Source: Octopus vulgaris
Lineage: Eukaryota
Length of the DNA: 64,000 nucleotides
Direction of reading: 5' to 3'
Assembly: GCA_951406725.2 (NCBI GenBank)
Contig: OX597825.1
Span: forward strand, 82,274,001 to 82,338,000
Part shown: one piece after another, positions 1-15,787 of the stretch
How positions within the stretch are numbered: the stretch's first letter is position 1
Layout of the letters: every line of letters starts with the position of its first letter
Translations under genes and position numbers: made by a program
Notes under the pieces: model-generated
Databases searched by the model: none
The model's input: only the letters and a program-made list of their open reading frames with translations
What the model was told of the DNA's origin: nothing

Positions 1-126
1 GATTGCATATACTCACAATTTCGACAACTCTGATCAGTATAATGCTAGCAGTGCGTGCTTTTTGCGTATATATATATAGCGATTTTTTCCCCTGTCTTCC
101 CTTCTCGGGATCTTTCCTTCTCCTAT

Positions 127-161
127 GTTTCCGACGAAGAGCTCCGCTCGAAACGTCAAAC
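127..161 (+). ncRNA. Minimal type-I hammerhead ribozyme fold (Penelope-like element type), in a ~180-bp element (~85-265) bounded by TA-rich tracts
   Basis: Helix I GTTT/AAAC; core CCGACGA+A; helix II GAGC-tcc-GCTC; GAAA; palindromic helix III ACGT; GUC cleavage triplet. A degenerate second copy lies at 3945-3980. Confidence 0.7.
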
Positions 162-260
162 CCTCCTTCCTTCCTTCTTTCCTGAGCGTCCAATAATACT
201 TTATTTGTTCCACGTCCTTGCGTTGTTGTTTTTTCTGTTTTTGTTTTCTTGTTCGGATTA

Positions 261-293
<33 letters not shown>

Positions 294-297
<4 letters not shown>

Positions 298-556
298 TGT
301 TCAAAAAGTCTCTCCGCAGTAAGTATTTTATTAGAAAGTAAATATCTATAAGACTGTATAAGACTACAAAAGAATATATTACACTTTACAAATTATATAT
401 TACACTTTTAAAAAACTCAATAAGAGGTGCCGTTCTTCATTCTCAATATACAAGTTGACTCTTCTACACATCTTTTGAAATACATCTTGGAGACAGTGTC
501 TCAAAGAGTGAAGATGAAAAAAATTCACTGCGGAGAGACTTTTTGAACATCCTGTA
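294..556. mobile_element. Tc1/mariner-type MITE
   Basis: ~25-bp terminal inverted repeats GGTGTTCAAAAAGTCTCTCCGCAGT (296-320) and ACTGCGGAGAGACTTTTTGAACATCC (527-552), with TA flanks. Confidence 0.8.
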
Positions 557-922
557 TATATGCTTCATACGTACGTACATATACATACTTACTTATGCAC
601 ACAAACACACACACACACATACATATTTATGCATGTTTGTACGTGCGTGGATATATGAAATTTGCTGGGAATCAAACACCGAATGTTTTGTTATTGGATC
701 AAACGTCATTATGGCGGTGCTTGAGGGGCGTTTGACACGGATTTTCTTTATTCAGGTCAAAGCTGTAAAAAGACTTGAACAAAGAGGACCGCAAAAAAGA
801 AACTAAAAAAAAAAAAAAAACGGAAAAAAAATTTGAAAATCGGGAAAAAGGAGATAAAAACATTTGCACATAAAATAATAAATAATCACCAGAAAGAAAA
901 TTAAGAAAGAAAATTATGACAA

Positions 923-1113
<191 letters not shown>

Positions 1114-1451
1114 GGAATAAGGGAACAGAGCAATAGATGTCAAAAAAATGGAAAATAAACAAATATAAAAAAATGGTCCTAGCAGAAAACGAAGCCATAT
1201 GGAGAATCTTAAAAGCGGAAGTTGAATATATATATAGACAAGAGCTGTGTAATCTAAATATTATTGAAGGTGAAACAATTCTGTGGAGCAAAATTTATTC
1301 AAATTAGAAACGGTAAATATACGAGAGAAACAAATGACGATGGGATTACACACATACGAACACATTCGCATACATCGTATATACACACAATGTCATTGGA
1401 TTATGGACATCACACATGCAGACACTACTTCAGTTTATTTCAGATTCTTGA

Positions 1452-1501
<50 letters not shown>

Positions 1502-1518
1502 ACATATATACATATATA

Positions 1519-1566
<48 letters not shown>

Positions 1567-1846
1567 CATATACATACATATATGTGTGTCTGTGAATATG
1601 TATGTATGCATGGGTGTATGAATGTATATAGATATGTATATATACACACGAATTATACATACATCCACATTGCTTATACATTACATCTATATAACTATAT
1701 CTGTTCACCAATATATGATTACGTATGTACAGATATATACACATATACATATATTCAAAGGGACATATAAATGCTTACACAAATCATGTGTGTGTATATA
1801 TATGTTCATGTGTATATAAATATATGTATATATATATGTGCATATA

Positions 1847-1931
<85 letters not shown>

Positions 1932-1962
1932 CATACATACAAATATATAGATATAGATATAT

Positions 1963-2020
<58 letters not shown>

Positions 2021-2144
2021 GAATGTTTTTATATATAATGAACGTGAAATACAGGAAGGGACGAACACGGAACACAGACAAATCATTCGAAGCCTTCAAT
2101 CTTCAGTCAGACACCGAATCATCATAGCAAATTTCGGCTGTTCA

Positions 2145-2209
<65 letters not shown>

Positions 2210-2563
2210 CTATAAACAGAGCTCTGAAACTCTGTAGAGAGAGAGGGGGAAGAGACAGAGGCTATAGGAAGAGGAAGGGGAGCTAATAATTATTCTTAAC
2301 GTTTACCATTTTTTTTTTTACCAAGTCAATCGTCTTTTCCTCCTTTTGGTTTTATGGTTATTTTACAACCTCCGTTCATGGCTTTTGTTATTGTCATCTG
2401 TTACAGCAGGGGACTTTGTGTTTTATACCCACCAGCCGATTGTATACACTCTATTTCTACCCTGCCTACCAGTAGATTGCGTCTATACCCCCATTTCTGC
2501 ACAATTTATTTTCCCCTAAGATCAAGCTGAGCAAACCCAACTAGTCTTATATATGTCATGCAA

Positions 2564-2645
<82 letters not shown>

Positions 2646-2646
2646 G

Positions 2647-3032
2647 TTTCAGATTTTGCCAGCAGGGCAGAAATTTTGGAGATGGGGATGAATCGATTAC
2701 ATCAACCCCAGTGTTTAACTGGTACTGATTTTATCGACCCTGAAACGATGAAAGGCAAATTTGAACATAGCGGAATTTGAACTCAGAAATGAGCGACGAG
2801 CGAAATACCTATTTCTTTACTACCCACAAGGGGCTAAACACAGAGAGGACAAACAAGGATAGACAAAGGGATTAAGTCGATTACATCGACCCCAGTGCGT
2901 AACGGGTACTTAATTTATCGACCCCGAAAGGAAGAAGGGCAAAGTCGACCTCGGCGGAATTTGAACTCAGAACGTAGCGGCAGACAAAATACCACTAAAC
3001 ATTTCGTCCAGCGAGCTAATGATTCTGCCAGC
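2647..3032 (-). mobile_element. tRNA-derived SINE family A, two nested head-to-tail copies
   Basis: Matches the window-wide consensus GGCGGCGAGCTGGCAGAAACGTTAGC...GAGTTCAAATTCC (B-box-like)...GTCGACTTTGCCTTTCATCC...AAAGAAATA. Confidence 0.85.
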
Positions 3033-3801
3033 TAAAAATGTCTGAAATTTTTAGAGTGGGAAGCTGGTACTTATTTTATCGACCTCGAACGTATGAAAGG
3101 CAAGGTCGACCTCGGCGTTCTTTATTAGCCACAAGGAGCCGCGAAAGCATTTATGACAATGCAACGGCAAAAGATTCTACAAGTCAGTTAAAACTGAGCA
3201 CTGTACGAGCGCGTGCTGGATGCTTTCGTCACTGTGCGTATCTGGGAGACAAGCCCAACTGACGGTACTACCATTCCTGTAGAGTCTATTCTGAACTGGC
3301 AATCCTAAAACAGCAAACTGATAGGAATTTTCTCGACGACTCGCAGTAGTTGGGAATTGAAACCGGCTTCTTGCTGTTTCGAACTAACACAGCCATACTT
3401 ATCTATTTGGAATTTTACGTAAATTCGTTTTATTTTATTTTATTTCTCCCATAGTTTCATTCCATTTTAATGCTATTTTATTTACTGAATACGTCAAATT
3501 TAGTAAATAAAACATATTTATTAATAATTCCGCTTCACTTGAAGATGAAAATAAAATCATGAAGATCACTTTAGCAAGAAAACGAACTTGTGATCCAGAA
3601 ACATTTCTTCCTGACGTTATATCAACAAAACTATAATCATTACATCTCTACTTCAAAATAGGTCTTTTCGTATAAAGAGTATTTCAGATTCACAAGAAAC
3701 GTGCACGGTTTTCCAGCATGGCCACAGTCAGATGACTGAAATAAGTGAAAGAATAAAATAATACGTATTCATAAAACATACATGAAAAAGTAAATTTATA
3801 A

Positions 3802-3858
<57 letters not shown>

Positions 3859-3889
3859 CCTTTCAACATGTGACCTCGTGAGCACCGCA

Positions 3890-4082
3890 AGCAATTTTTT
3901 TTCCTCTGTCTTCCCTTCTCGGGATATTTCCGTTTCATCCTTCTGTTTCCGACGAAGAGCTCCACCTGAAAATTAAACCCTCCTTCTTCCCTTCTTTCCT
4001 GAGCGTCCAATAATACTTTATTTGTTCCACGTCCTCGCGTTGCTGTGTTTTTCTTGTATTTTCTTGTTTGGATTAACAAATT
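3890..4082 (+). mobile_element. Second copy of the short hammerhead-bearing element at 85-265 (ribozyme degenerate)
   Basis: Near-collinear with 85-265 and close to (TA)n on both sides; helix II and the cleavage site are mutated. Confidence 0.75.
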
Positions 4083-4090
4083 ATAGCCGC

Positions 4091-4164
<74 letters not shown>

Positions 4165-4394
4165 ATGTATATATAAAGCTATGACATATTTACACCAAAG
4201 TACAACTTCTAATTGTTAATTGCTGTTCCATTTCTTTTCTTATCTGAATATATTAAGCCACGGTTTACCATTTAAACTACTCACTATTGTTAACCTTATA
4301 GCAAGGCCTATACATAGTGAGGTAATACACCAGTAGTGCCTACGGGTACATTTATCCCTTAGACAGCTGCATAACCTCGAACACATAATTTATA

Positions 4395-4438
<44 letters not shown>

Positions 4439-4516
4439 TCAGTCGCCATGATAGATCGTTTGCCACTACACACATTTTTTTCTCTCCTTGTTTCTCTCTT
4501 TGTTTTTTTTGTGTCC

Positions 4517-4552
4517 CTTTCTGTAGAAGAGCGTAGGCTCGAAACGTAAAAG
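4517..4552 (+). ncRNA. Minimal hammerhead-like fold, second family (CUGU core variant), in element ~4440-4625
   Basis: Helix I CTTT/AAAG; CTGTAGA+A; GAGC-gtag-GCTC; GAAA; ACGT; GUA site. Sister copies at 21893-21927(-) and 50183-50218(+). Confidence 0.55.
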
Positions 4553-5715
4553 ACTTTTTCTATTCCTGAGCGTTTATTTTGTACACCACCTGCCTTCGTC
4601 TTTTGTTTTTTCTAAACTCACCGTATGTACACATACATGACAACACACCCCTTCACTCACAAACGCACACACACAGACACATGCATACATAAATGTATAC
4701 AAACGTATATACAAAAGCATACACGTTGCATGCATGACTGACTACAAATACATAGAGCTAAATTCGGCGGGGAAAAAGTAAATAAATGAATTGTTACGGA
4801 AATTACGAAGTGTGCTGGTTCAAGCGAAAGCATGCCCATACTTTTTGAGACGTACCATGTTGAATTGCTAAATTCTAACGTGATATTTGTGTAATAATAA
4901 AATCAAACCTGGAGTGTGTATGTGTGTCCATATGTATGTGTTCATATTAGAGAGACAGTGTGTATATATGTGTGAGAGAGTGAGAGAGGGGGAAGAGAGA
5001 ACATTTTAGACGATGAATGAAATAAGCATGAAATGAAAACAATTCGAAAAATAAAAAGCTCGTTAAAAACTATCTTGTACCGAATATTTAAATCTATGAA
5101 CTTGAAATTTCGATAATAAACAGAAGTTCAGAAAATAGATTTTCTTGAAAACTTAAATTTACAAAAAATCACACTTGCCTAGTAAATATTTCAGAACTAG
5201 TCTCTTAACAAACGAGATCCAATATTTCTTTCGGCAATTTGTCGTAGTTGTTTGCTAATAGCGAATGAAAACTTGAAATGAAAATGCTAAAATGGAGAGT
5301 GAGAGATTTCGCAAATAAAAACGGAAAACTTCGCTTGCAACGAATTAATATTGTTTATGTAGTTGCTATAACAATACCGGAAGCTAACATTGAAAGAAAA
5401 CCTTTTAAAAGAAGTGAATCATATATATAAAGCAGTATTGTTTATTTTTAATTTGAAATTCTTTAAAAAAAAAGAAGGAACTATCATGTATCTGAGGTCA
5501 GGTTATTCCTCCTTTCCATATATGGAGTCAATTCGCTCAGCCGTTTTCACGTGAAAAGCGAATACACACACAGAGGTCTACTTTATAATATATATGATAC
5601 TGGCATACATATAGACAAACACATCCACGCATATCTGTACATCTCTGTATGCATCCATGTATATATGTATATATATTTATGAATGTATGTATGTATGAAT
5701 ACATACATACATATA

Positions 5716-5790
<75 letters not shown>

Positions 5791-6898
5791 GCATGTATAT
5801 ATGTATATACATTTATGAAAGTATATATATATATACATGTATGTGCACATACATAATATACACACGTATATACATACATACATACATACATACATACATT
5901 AATAAATAATGCCGTAAGGTTTCTATCGAGGATAACATTCTGGTAAAAGATTTTCTTTTTATTCTTTAAGTTTCCTGTTTTGGGAATTCCCTAATTCTAT
6001 CAAATTGCCATATTTTGGAATTTCCTTCATAAAATAACATAAGAAGGAAATGGTAGCAGAAAGTTTTGCTGTGAACGATATATTTTGTGTAGGCATTTAA
6101 TAACCTATAACCTGAAATTATATTGGTTCTTAAGTTAGGCACGTGATTTTGGGCATCTTGCCGGATGTGAGAGTATGTATGTATGTATGTATGTATGTAT
6201 GTATGTATGTATGTATATATATACATATATATACATACATATATATATATATGCATATATATATATGTATATATATGTATATATATACATGCATACATAC
6301 ATATATAAATAAGTACGTACATGGATATTTACATACATGTACATTCATATATTCTGTGTGCGTGTATTTATATATATATATATATATATATAAATGCACA
6401 GACAATCTAACGTATATACATACATATTTACATATATACATACATACATATATACTTACATACATACATATATATATATATATAATCAAAATAAGCAACA
6501 AGGATATCCAAGGTAGTGTAGTACAATTGTTTCATGCTACTTCATTTTATTAAACACTGTAAGTATTACATCAGTTTTAAAATGTTCAGCAACATATAGA
6601 ATTTTTTAATTAAACGGACAATGCACATTCTTATGCTTATTTCATTTGCCAACATTACAAAGAAGGTAAATATATAGACAGAGAGGTTAATTTCATCATT
6701 AAGAACACGGTGGTAGTATGTTCTTCTCCGTCTGTAGAGTTTATCGTTGAGTTCACTTTGTTATTTAGATCTATCAGTAGATAGATCTATATAACAAAGT
6801 GAACTCAATGATAAAATCTACAGATGGAGAATGAACAGACTACCATCATGTGGTTGGAAAGCAAGCTACTTACCACGTAGCCACTCCTGCGCCTATAT

Positions 6899-6955
<57 letters not shown>

Positions 6956-7621
6956 GAGAGAGAGAGATAAAGAGAGAGAGAGGAATAGATACATAGATAG
7001 ACAGATAGACAGATAGACAGATAGATAGATAGACAGATAGATATACATTCACACTCATACATATATATATATATATGTATATACAGTCATATGTGTGTGT
7101 GTATGCACGTAAATATATATGTGTGTGTGTGTGTATATATGTCAATATATTTATGTCTGTGTATGTATACATATTCATTTACATACACATATACATCCAC
7201 AGATACATAAGTACATACACTCATACATAGACTCATGCACACACACACACACTCATTTCTTTCCTTGCTTCCTTCCTTTCTTCTGTGACTCTTTTGAACT
7301 CATCGAAACACAAACATCATCTAACCCAGATTTTACGCTCCATAAAACGTTCGGTCCATATCCTCGTCTCCTTTCTGCCATACACGGAACCATACAAATA
7401 TATATTTCAACATGTTTGTCGCTAAACTACATTTCCATACAAACCAAAGTGCTGCGTATAAAGGGGGCCCTCGCTGCAGTAGAAACTGCAGCCTAATCTC
7501 CCTCATATGCCTTTCCTGTTAAATGGAGGGAAGACGAAACAAGAATTTTTATAGATTTCTTTTTGGATGTATGACACCTGTATGGTCATAACTAGGACTA
7601 AAGTTAAATAACAGATAGAAA

Positions 7622-7661
7622 GATAGATAGATGGATACAGAGACAGACAGACAGACAAATG

Positions 7662-7714
<53 letters not shown>

Positions 7715-7747
7715 GGATAGATAGATAGATAGATAGATAGATTGATG

Positions 7748-7799
<52 letters not shown>
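7622..7799. repeat. (AGAT)n microsatellite
   Basis: Read directly from the sequence. Confidence 0.97.
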
Positions 7800-7894
7800 C
7801 GTGGCACCTTGAGCAAGTGTCTTATACTATAACCCTCAGACCGACCAAAGCCTTGTAAGTGGATTTGGTTGACGGAAACTAAGAGAAGCCTGTC

Positions 7895-7968
<74 letters not shown>

Positions 7969-8180
7969 TCGTGTGTGTGTATTTGTCCCCCACGATTGCT
8001 TGACAACCGATGTTGGTGTGTTTACGACTCCGTAACTTAGCGGTTCGGTAAAAGAGACTGCTAGAATAATTACTAGGCTTACAAAGAATAAGTTGTGGGG
8101 TCGGTTTGCTCGACTAAAGGTGGTGCTCCAGCATGGCTGCAGTGAAATAACTGAACAAGTAAAAGAATAAGACAATAAAA
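7800..8180 (+). mobile_element. SINE family B, 5'-truncated, with internal (TA)n(TG)n
   Basis: Matches the full copies at 50943-51352, 52838-53254 and 55352-55750. Confidence 0.85.
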
Positions 8181-8181
8181 G

Positions 8182-8216
<35 letters not shown>

Positions 8217-8577
8217 GATTTTGCGTGTATATAGACCTGTGTGTGTATATATATATATATATATATAGATATATATATGTATATATACGAATGTGTATAT
8301 GTGTATAGAAATAAATATTTATGACTGTTAGATGCATATATTTGCTCGTGCGTGTATGTATATAGCCATACACAAGTACAAACATGCACACACAAACACA
8401 CACGTATATACGTATACATATACATATATATATATTTAATGAGAGAGAGAGAGAGAGAGAGAGAAAGCATGGGGGTGGGTTCAGTGAATAAATATTTATA
8501 TATGCGGTTCTTTTCTATATTAATGGAGTTAACTGGTGAAAAGTTTGTCTGTCTGTCTATCTCTCTCTGTATATGCA

Positions 8578-8812
<235 letters not shown>

Positions 8813-9177
8813 GTATGTATGTATATATATTATATGTCTGCATCTATGTATATATGTACATTTGCCGATGTGGAAGAAACTCATCTAATCGTTTATTATT
8901 ATTTTTTATTCCTTTGGAGAATTCAGATGAATTGGGGCATGTAGAATAACGTGTCCTGCCTGCATAGACAGAATCGAATGACTGACACCAATGCGAGCTA
9001 ATGAATATATCAGTTCACTTTGTCTGTCTGTCTGCCTATCCGTCCGTCTCTCTTTTACACTCTCCGTCTCTCCCTTGATCTGTCTGTCTATCTGTCTATC
9101 TGTGTATCTTACTCAGTTCAAATACATATGCTACATACCTACACACATATCCACAGCTTGAAATTTTGTACAGATCA

Positions 9178-9360
<183 letters not shown>

Positions 9361-9401
9361 CTGCCTGTCAGTCTAATTATGTATGTACATGTGTAATATA
9401 T

Positions 9402-9456
<55 letters not shown>

Positions 9457-9751
9457 GTATATATATATACATATATATACATATATATGTGTGTATGTGT
9501 GTGTGTATGTATGTATACTTGTCAGTGTGTTTGTATGGTTCTTTTAACCTATACAACTACACGTATGTCTGTCTGTCTATTTCTCTGTACACACACACAC
9601 CACACACACCACACGCACACACCCACACATATCCACCATAACCATCTATTTCCACCCTTGTCTCTTCATTTTTTCCTATTTCACAAGACACACACGTATA
9701 CAAACAGCCACATACACACATAACACAAGACCATACTGAAAGGCACTTAAC

Positions 9752-9783
<32 letters not shown>

Positions 9784-10199
9784 CACAAACGCACACACAC
9801 GCGCACACCAAACCACAGTGTCTGGACATACCCGTAAGAAGTCTGTGAGAGTTTATTATGACTCACACATTATCGGGGGATCACAGTGGAACTAAGGCAG
9901 TCCCCTTATTCCAGTAAATAAAGAACCGGTTAAACAAATTATTCTTCAGGGAATCTCGTTATTTTAAATATTTCCGGCAACGTTATTGGCTCCCTACAAC
10001 CTCCACCACTGGGCTGACATCTTTTAGGTGATGGGGAAAACACCTAAAATGTGGGTGCCTGGGAAGGAGGTTTGGGCGCGGGTGAGGGGAATATTCAGAT
10101 CTTATTAGATATTGTTGCCAAAAATGGGATCAGAACTCGTCTGGGACAAGGACACAACAGTTGGGAGAGACATAATAATGGAGAGGATAATGGAGATGA

Positions 10200-10201
10200 T
10201 G

Positions 10202-10289
<88 letters not shown>

Positions 10290-10372
10290 TGATGATGATA
10301 ATAATAATAATAATAATAATGATAATAATAATAATAATAATAATTATAATAATAATAATAATAATAATGATG

Positions 10373-10429
<57 letters not shown>

Positions 10430-10430
10430 G
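10200..10430. repeat. (AAT)n microsatellite with GAT interruptions
   Basis: Read directly from the sequence. Confidence 0.97.
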
Positions 10431-11138
10431 ATGCAGTACCAGGCAGTGGCTCTCATGGCTTCTGATCTTAACTGATTGGAAGTGTTAACATGTACATTGT
10501 TTTGTCTTGGTATAAAAGATGGGCTACAGCAAATATTCTGCTCAGTACCACAGATTTGCTTATCAGTTGTTTCACGATAACCAGTTGAGCATGTCCCTTA
10601 GTGGCTGACGATATGTGCATCTCTGATCACAAGCAGAAGTAGTGGGGGAGCATCATAGCCATGTGTTGAGGGGATTCTTTCAGGTTTGAATAATTCACCT
10701 CTGGATACATGGGTGTTTTGTTCAGCATCTTTAAACAATCCTTATTCAGGGACCTTTTGAGCGGGATGGGATATTCGACCAGAAGAAAATTCTAACTGGG
10801 CTCCACCTGCAAGGTAATGTGCTGTTTATCTTGATATGAGATCACCATGTCGCGCACATATGGTTGTGATGCATGTGCCTGGTGTACCCTTACCCGACGG
10901 GTAGTCATGATGGGTATACTGGGCTTCGTATCTTTTACCCCAGTGTCACTTTGATGGAATGCATTGCTCTCCGAAATCATGTTCGGTATTTGGAAGGAAT
11001 TTTGGTAAACATTTTGTCCGACACGCTAACGATTCTTCCAGATCGCGACCTTAAAGAAATGATAATTTCTCTTATTTGTCAAAGGGGCGCCCAATGAGGC
11101 GGACATTACAAGGCCAGTTTACAATGTCTCTGTCGTTT

Positions 11139-11176
<38 letters not shown>

Positions 11177-11339
11177 AAACTGGTGAAGGAAGAAATGGGA
11201 TGAAAAGTATACGTAGTGTACAATTATGCATATACATTGATAATGCCATCGTCTTTATACAGAAGAGGCTCCAGCTAGGGCTAATCAAGGAACCGCACAA
11301 GACAAGGATCACACTGATCACTTAGGCCACAAGCCCTCA

Positions 11340-11640
11340 CCCAACTGTGTTACTGTAAAAGACGCGCGCATGTTTAGCGTGGTTACATGACCCTAACCAT
11401 TTGTGCCCCTGTTTTATCTCTTTCGACAAACTGATCAGAAGAGAGCACTTACTTCTCACTTTATTTCTAAGTTGAACTTGCAAATGTCGACGAGTGCTTG
11501 GCGGAAGAGAAAGGCGTCTGTCCTTAATCCTTTTATGGCCTCGGTCACCACATAAACTCTTTCGCCATAGCCTCCGGACAGGCGAACACTGCCTTGTTAA
11601 AGGCCGGTGGTGGGGGATGGCAGTCAGATTCGTCCAGCAT
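11340..11640 (-). mobile_element. Possible degraded L1/Tx1-like LINE ORF2 C-terminal fragment
   Basis: Frameshifted translation AVFACPEAMAKEFMW*...KGLRTDAFLFRQALVDICKFNLEIK resembles, from memory only, the C-terminus of L1/Tx1 ORF2. Confidence 0.4.
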
Positions 11641-11663
11641 ATAATAACACACACATATATATA

Positions 11664-12056
11664 CTAGCAGTATCGCCCGGCGTTGCTCGGGTTTGTAAGG
11701 GAAATAACTATATAAGCATTTTTAGAGAGTTATAGCCAAAAAATTGCAAAAAAATGCATTAAAAATGGAAAAATAATTATGGTAATTTTATTTTAAAATC
11801 GTTGACTCATCGTAAACATTTTTAGAGAGTTACTTCCCTTATATAATAGCGAAAAAATGCATTAAAATGGAAAAAATGATGGTAATTTTTTTTTAATCGT
11901 AGACTCATCGTAGACGCGCGCTAATACCCAGAAGTGCTTGATATGAATCACGACTATAAGATACCCGGTTTTGGTTAAACTGCATCGCAAAATGTGGGAG
12001 TAGTTAGGAATCTAAATCGTAGGAGACACACACAACTTCGCTTTTATATGTAAAGA
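11664..12056 (-). mobile_element. Non-autonomous Helitron-like element
   Basis: On the minus strand: 5' TC, 3' GC-rich hairpin (CCCGAGCAACGCCGGG) then CTAG, inserted between A and T without a TSD. Termini are shared with 37025-37414. Confidence 0.75.
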
Positions 12057-12409
12057 TATATAAATACGACGGGCTTCTTTCTGTTTCCGTCTATCAAATT
12101 CTTACAAGGTTTTGGTTGACTTGAGGTTATAGTAAATGGCAATTGCCCAAGGTGCTACGCAGTGGGATTGAACTCGGAGCCATGTGGTTGGTAAGCAAGC
12201 TTCTTATCACATGCACACACACACACACACGTGTGCGCATACATACATACAGGGAGAGAGAGAGAGAGAGAGAGAGGTAGAGAGGAAGAGAGAGACCAGA
12301 GTTAATAATGTTTATAGTCCTACAGATCAGTGATGACAGTAAGAATAACAGCGGTAATAAGAATACCACTATCTCAGCTGTCAGCGCCAACATCAACAGC
12401 ATCTCAAAT

Positions 12410-13210
12410 CCCACCATGACCACCACGACAATGACGACGACGACCACCAACATCACCATCACCACCACCATCACCACCACCACCACCACCATCACCACCA
12501 CCACCAACAACAACAACAAAATGAACAACAACGAGTTCAAGCTCTTACATGGTCATTCAGCAGGCTAGACATAGCAGTCAAATTTTCATTTAAAAAAATG
12601 CTCCTTTTTACCAGAAGGATTAATATGAAGCCAGGTTAAACTCACCCATAAAAGAGGGTGGGTTGGGGTGGGGAAGAATGGGAGTAGAGCAGGGTTTAGG
12701 GTTAGAAAGGAATAGGTGGGGTGTGGTTGGTGGTGTTGGTGGTTAAGTGGAAGGTTCAGGAATAATAAACAACAATTCCAACGATGCTGCTACTGTTGTT
12801 GCTGTTGTTGTTGATGATGATGATGGTGGTGGTGGTGGTGTGTGTGGTGGAGGTGGGTGGTAATGATGAAGATGGCTATGTTGTGATGACACTGGTGATG
12901 AAAGTGGTGATGACGTTGGCAGCGGTGTTGATCATGATGATGACGATGATGGTGGTGGTGATGGTGGTGGTCACGAGGAAGGAGAGGAGGGTGGTTGTGA
13001 TGGAGAAGATGGGGTAGATGTGATGGTTATGACTATAATGATGATGATGATGATGATGATGATAGTGTTGATGGTGACGACGACGACAATGATGATGATC
13101 GTGTTGATCATGATGATGCCGATGATGATAATGATGATGATGATGAGGAGGAGGAGAAGGAGGAGGCGACTGATGACGACGATGACAACTATAATACAAC
13201 GTCGATGATG
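12410..13210. repeat. Degenerate trinucleotide low-complexity region (ACC/AAC-rich, then GGT/GAT-rich)
   Basis: Read directly; this is the source of the poly-T/V/M/H ORFs. Confidence 0.9.
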
Positions 13211-13596
13211 ATAGTTAAACACAACTCTCAACCGCTCCTCCCTCCCTCCCTCCCACACCGCCGCTCCCACTGTCCCTCCAACGGTGTCACCTCATTTCCT
13301 GTTGTTTATTTTCCACCAAAATATCGTAAATAACTGTTTGACACAGAATTAGAATGAGGAACTAGATACAAAGAATGGGATGGAGAGATGACACAATTCT
13401 CTCTCCACCACCGACATTACAGTCTTCTCTCCCCCTATCTCTCTCTCTCTCTCTCTCTCTAGCAATTTAGTCGATAAGCATCGCCTTAGCGGTATTTGAA
13501 CCCGGAATCAGACAGCAGAACAAATGTCATAATAGGTTTTGCCAACACTCTAGCGATTCTGCCTGCTCACCAATCTATCCATCCATCTATCTATCC

Positions 13597-13676
<80 letters not shown>

Positions 13677-13686
13677 GTATACTTTC

Positions 13687-13764
<78 letters not shown>

Positions 13765-14097
13765 AATATTATTTTTTAGGGAATAAAAATTCCGGCATAG
13801 CAGTGATTCAAATTATTCTCAATGAAGAAATATATTTTAATTTAGAGATAGTAGATCCCTACATCTCACCAAATAAAATTTTTTAATATTTTTATTTAAA
13901 TACCTACTGTTTTATTCCTTGGCAACACGTGTTTCAAGAGGTACATCCCCGGGTTCCTAAACCACTCCGTGTTTCCCTGGAACCCCTCTCAACATGCCAC
14001 CCCCATACGGATATATATTTATGTGTGTATATATATATACATGTGTGTATATATATATATGTATATATATATATATACATATATATATTTATGTATA

Positions 14098-14136
<39 letters not shown>

Positions 14137-14138
14137 TA

Positions 14139-14207
<69 letters not shown>

Positions 14208-14209
14208 TC

Positions 14210-14714
14210 TTTCTACTATGGGCACAAAGCCTGACATTTTGGGAGAGCAGACTAATTGATTACATTGACCCCAGCTCATCACTGGTTCTTAATTTATGGA
14301 ACCTGAAAGGATGAAAGTCAAAGTCGACGTCGGTGGAATTTGAACTCAGAACACAGACAGATGAACTGCCGCAAAGCATTTTACCCAGCGTGCTAACAAT
14401 TCTGCCAGCTCGCCTTGTGCATGTGTGCCTGCGAGACTCATTGCGGTTGTATTCCCAGTGCTTGATAGCCCGTATCAATTTCTTATTTCTTTACTACCCA
14501 CAAGGGGCTAAACACAGAGGGGACAAACAAGGAGAGACAAACAGATTAAGTCGATTACATCGACTCCAGTGCGTAACTGGTACTTAATTTATCGACCCCG
14601 AAAGGATGAAAGGCAAAGTCAACCTCGGCGGAATTTGAACTCAGAACGTAACGGCAGACAAAATACCGCTAAGCATTCCGCCCGGCGTGCTAACATTTCT
14701 CACAGCTCGTCGCC
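14210..14714 (-). mobile_element. SINE family A, two copies; the second has a ~17-bp TSD
   Basis: Consensus match; GCCCGTATCARTTTCTT occurs at ~14468 and ~14716. Confidence 0.85.
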
Positions 14715-15574
14715 AGCCCGTATCAGTTTCTTTACGTCATCGTAACTTAGCGGTTCGGCTAGAGTATTAGAATATATTAATGGCAATGCATGTGATGAGG
14801 GGCGCATGCAGCCATTCATAACCCCATTATTGTATAATCATCTCATCATATTCGTTCTATGTTTTGTCCCCTCTGTGGTGTCCTGGCTGTTCTTGTTTGT
14901 CCCCCTCTGTGTTTGGGCCCCTATGGCTAATAAAGAAACAGAGTATTAGAATATATACAAACTTAAAAATAAGTACTTGGGTGAATTTGCTGGTTAAACT
15001 CCTCAAGGCAGTATCTCTGCATGGCTGCAGTCCAATGACCGATGCTGATGATTAAGAAAAACAAAATACCTCAAACCCCCCAAACATATGAACTATCAAT
15101 CTCCAAGTTTTCAGATCAGGCAATACGAACATTATTACCATAATTATTAAGGAAAGCAGTAAAAATAAAATAACTTTTGCAAAGTTCAACTTGTAATTTA
15201 TTATTCTTTGTTGTTCTTGTAAGAATTCCGTTGATAAAACTTTGGTTCTTTGTCGAAGACCAGCTGCATCTTGACAGGAAGAATTCAAATATTTATTGTA
15301 TGCGGGCACGAGGGTTTGTATAGAGAGACAGACAGACATACAAATGTACAGACGAATATACAAACATATACAAGTATGGCTGTAACTGTGGACACACCTG
15401 TCTGTATGTCCGTGTGTGTGTGTGTGTGTGTGTGTGTGCATGCTTATGCATACACACACATACACATGCATACGTGCATGCATGTATATATTATGTATAC
15501 ACAAACATTTATAAATATGTATAATAACAATGCATGTGCCTATAGTTGATTATATAAATATAGACATACGTATG

Positions 15575-15641
<67 letters not shown>

Positions 15642-15742
15642 ATTATTTACATTATTTACATTTGACGGATATTTGTCCTCATCTTGTTTGTTGTTAACAC
15701 TGATATATAACTTTATTATATATATATTTGTGTGTGTGTGCA

Positions 15743-15787
<45 letters not shown>

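Noticed and set aside
10430-10975. Complex ~540-bp block after (AAT)n that could be an exon
   Set aside because: It has no sustained ORF or recognisable peptide. It is more likely a dispersed-repeat UTR, but with one copy in the window I cannot classify it.
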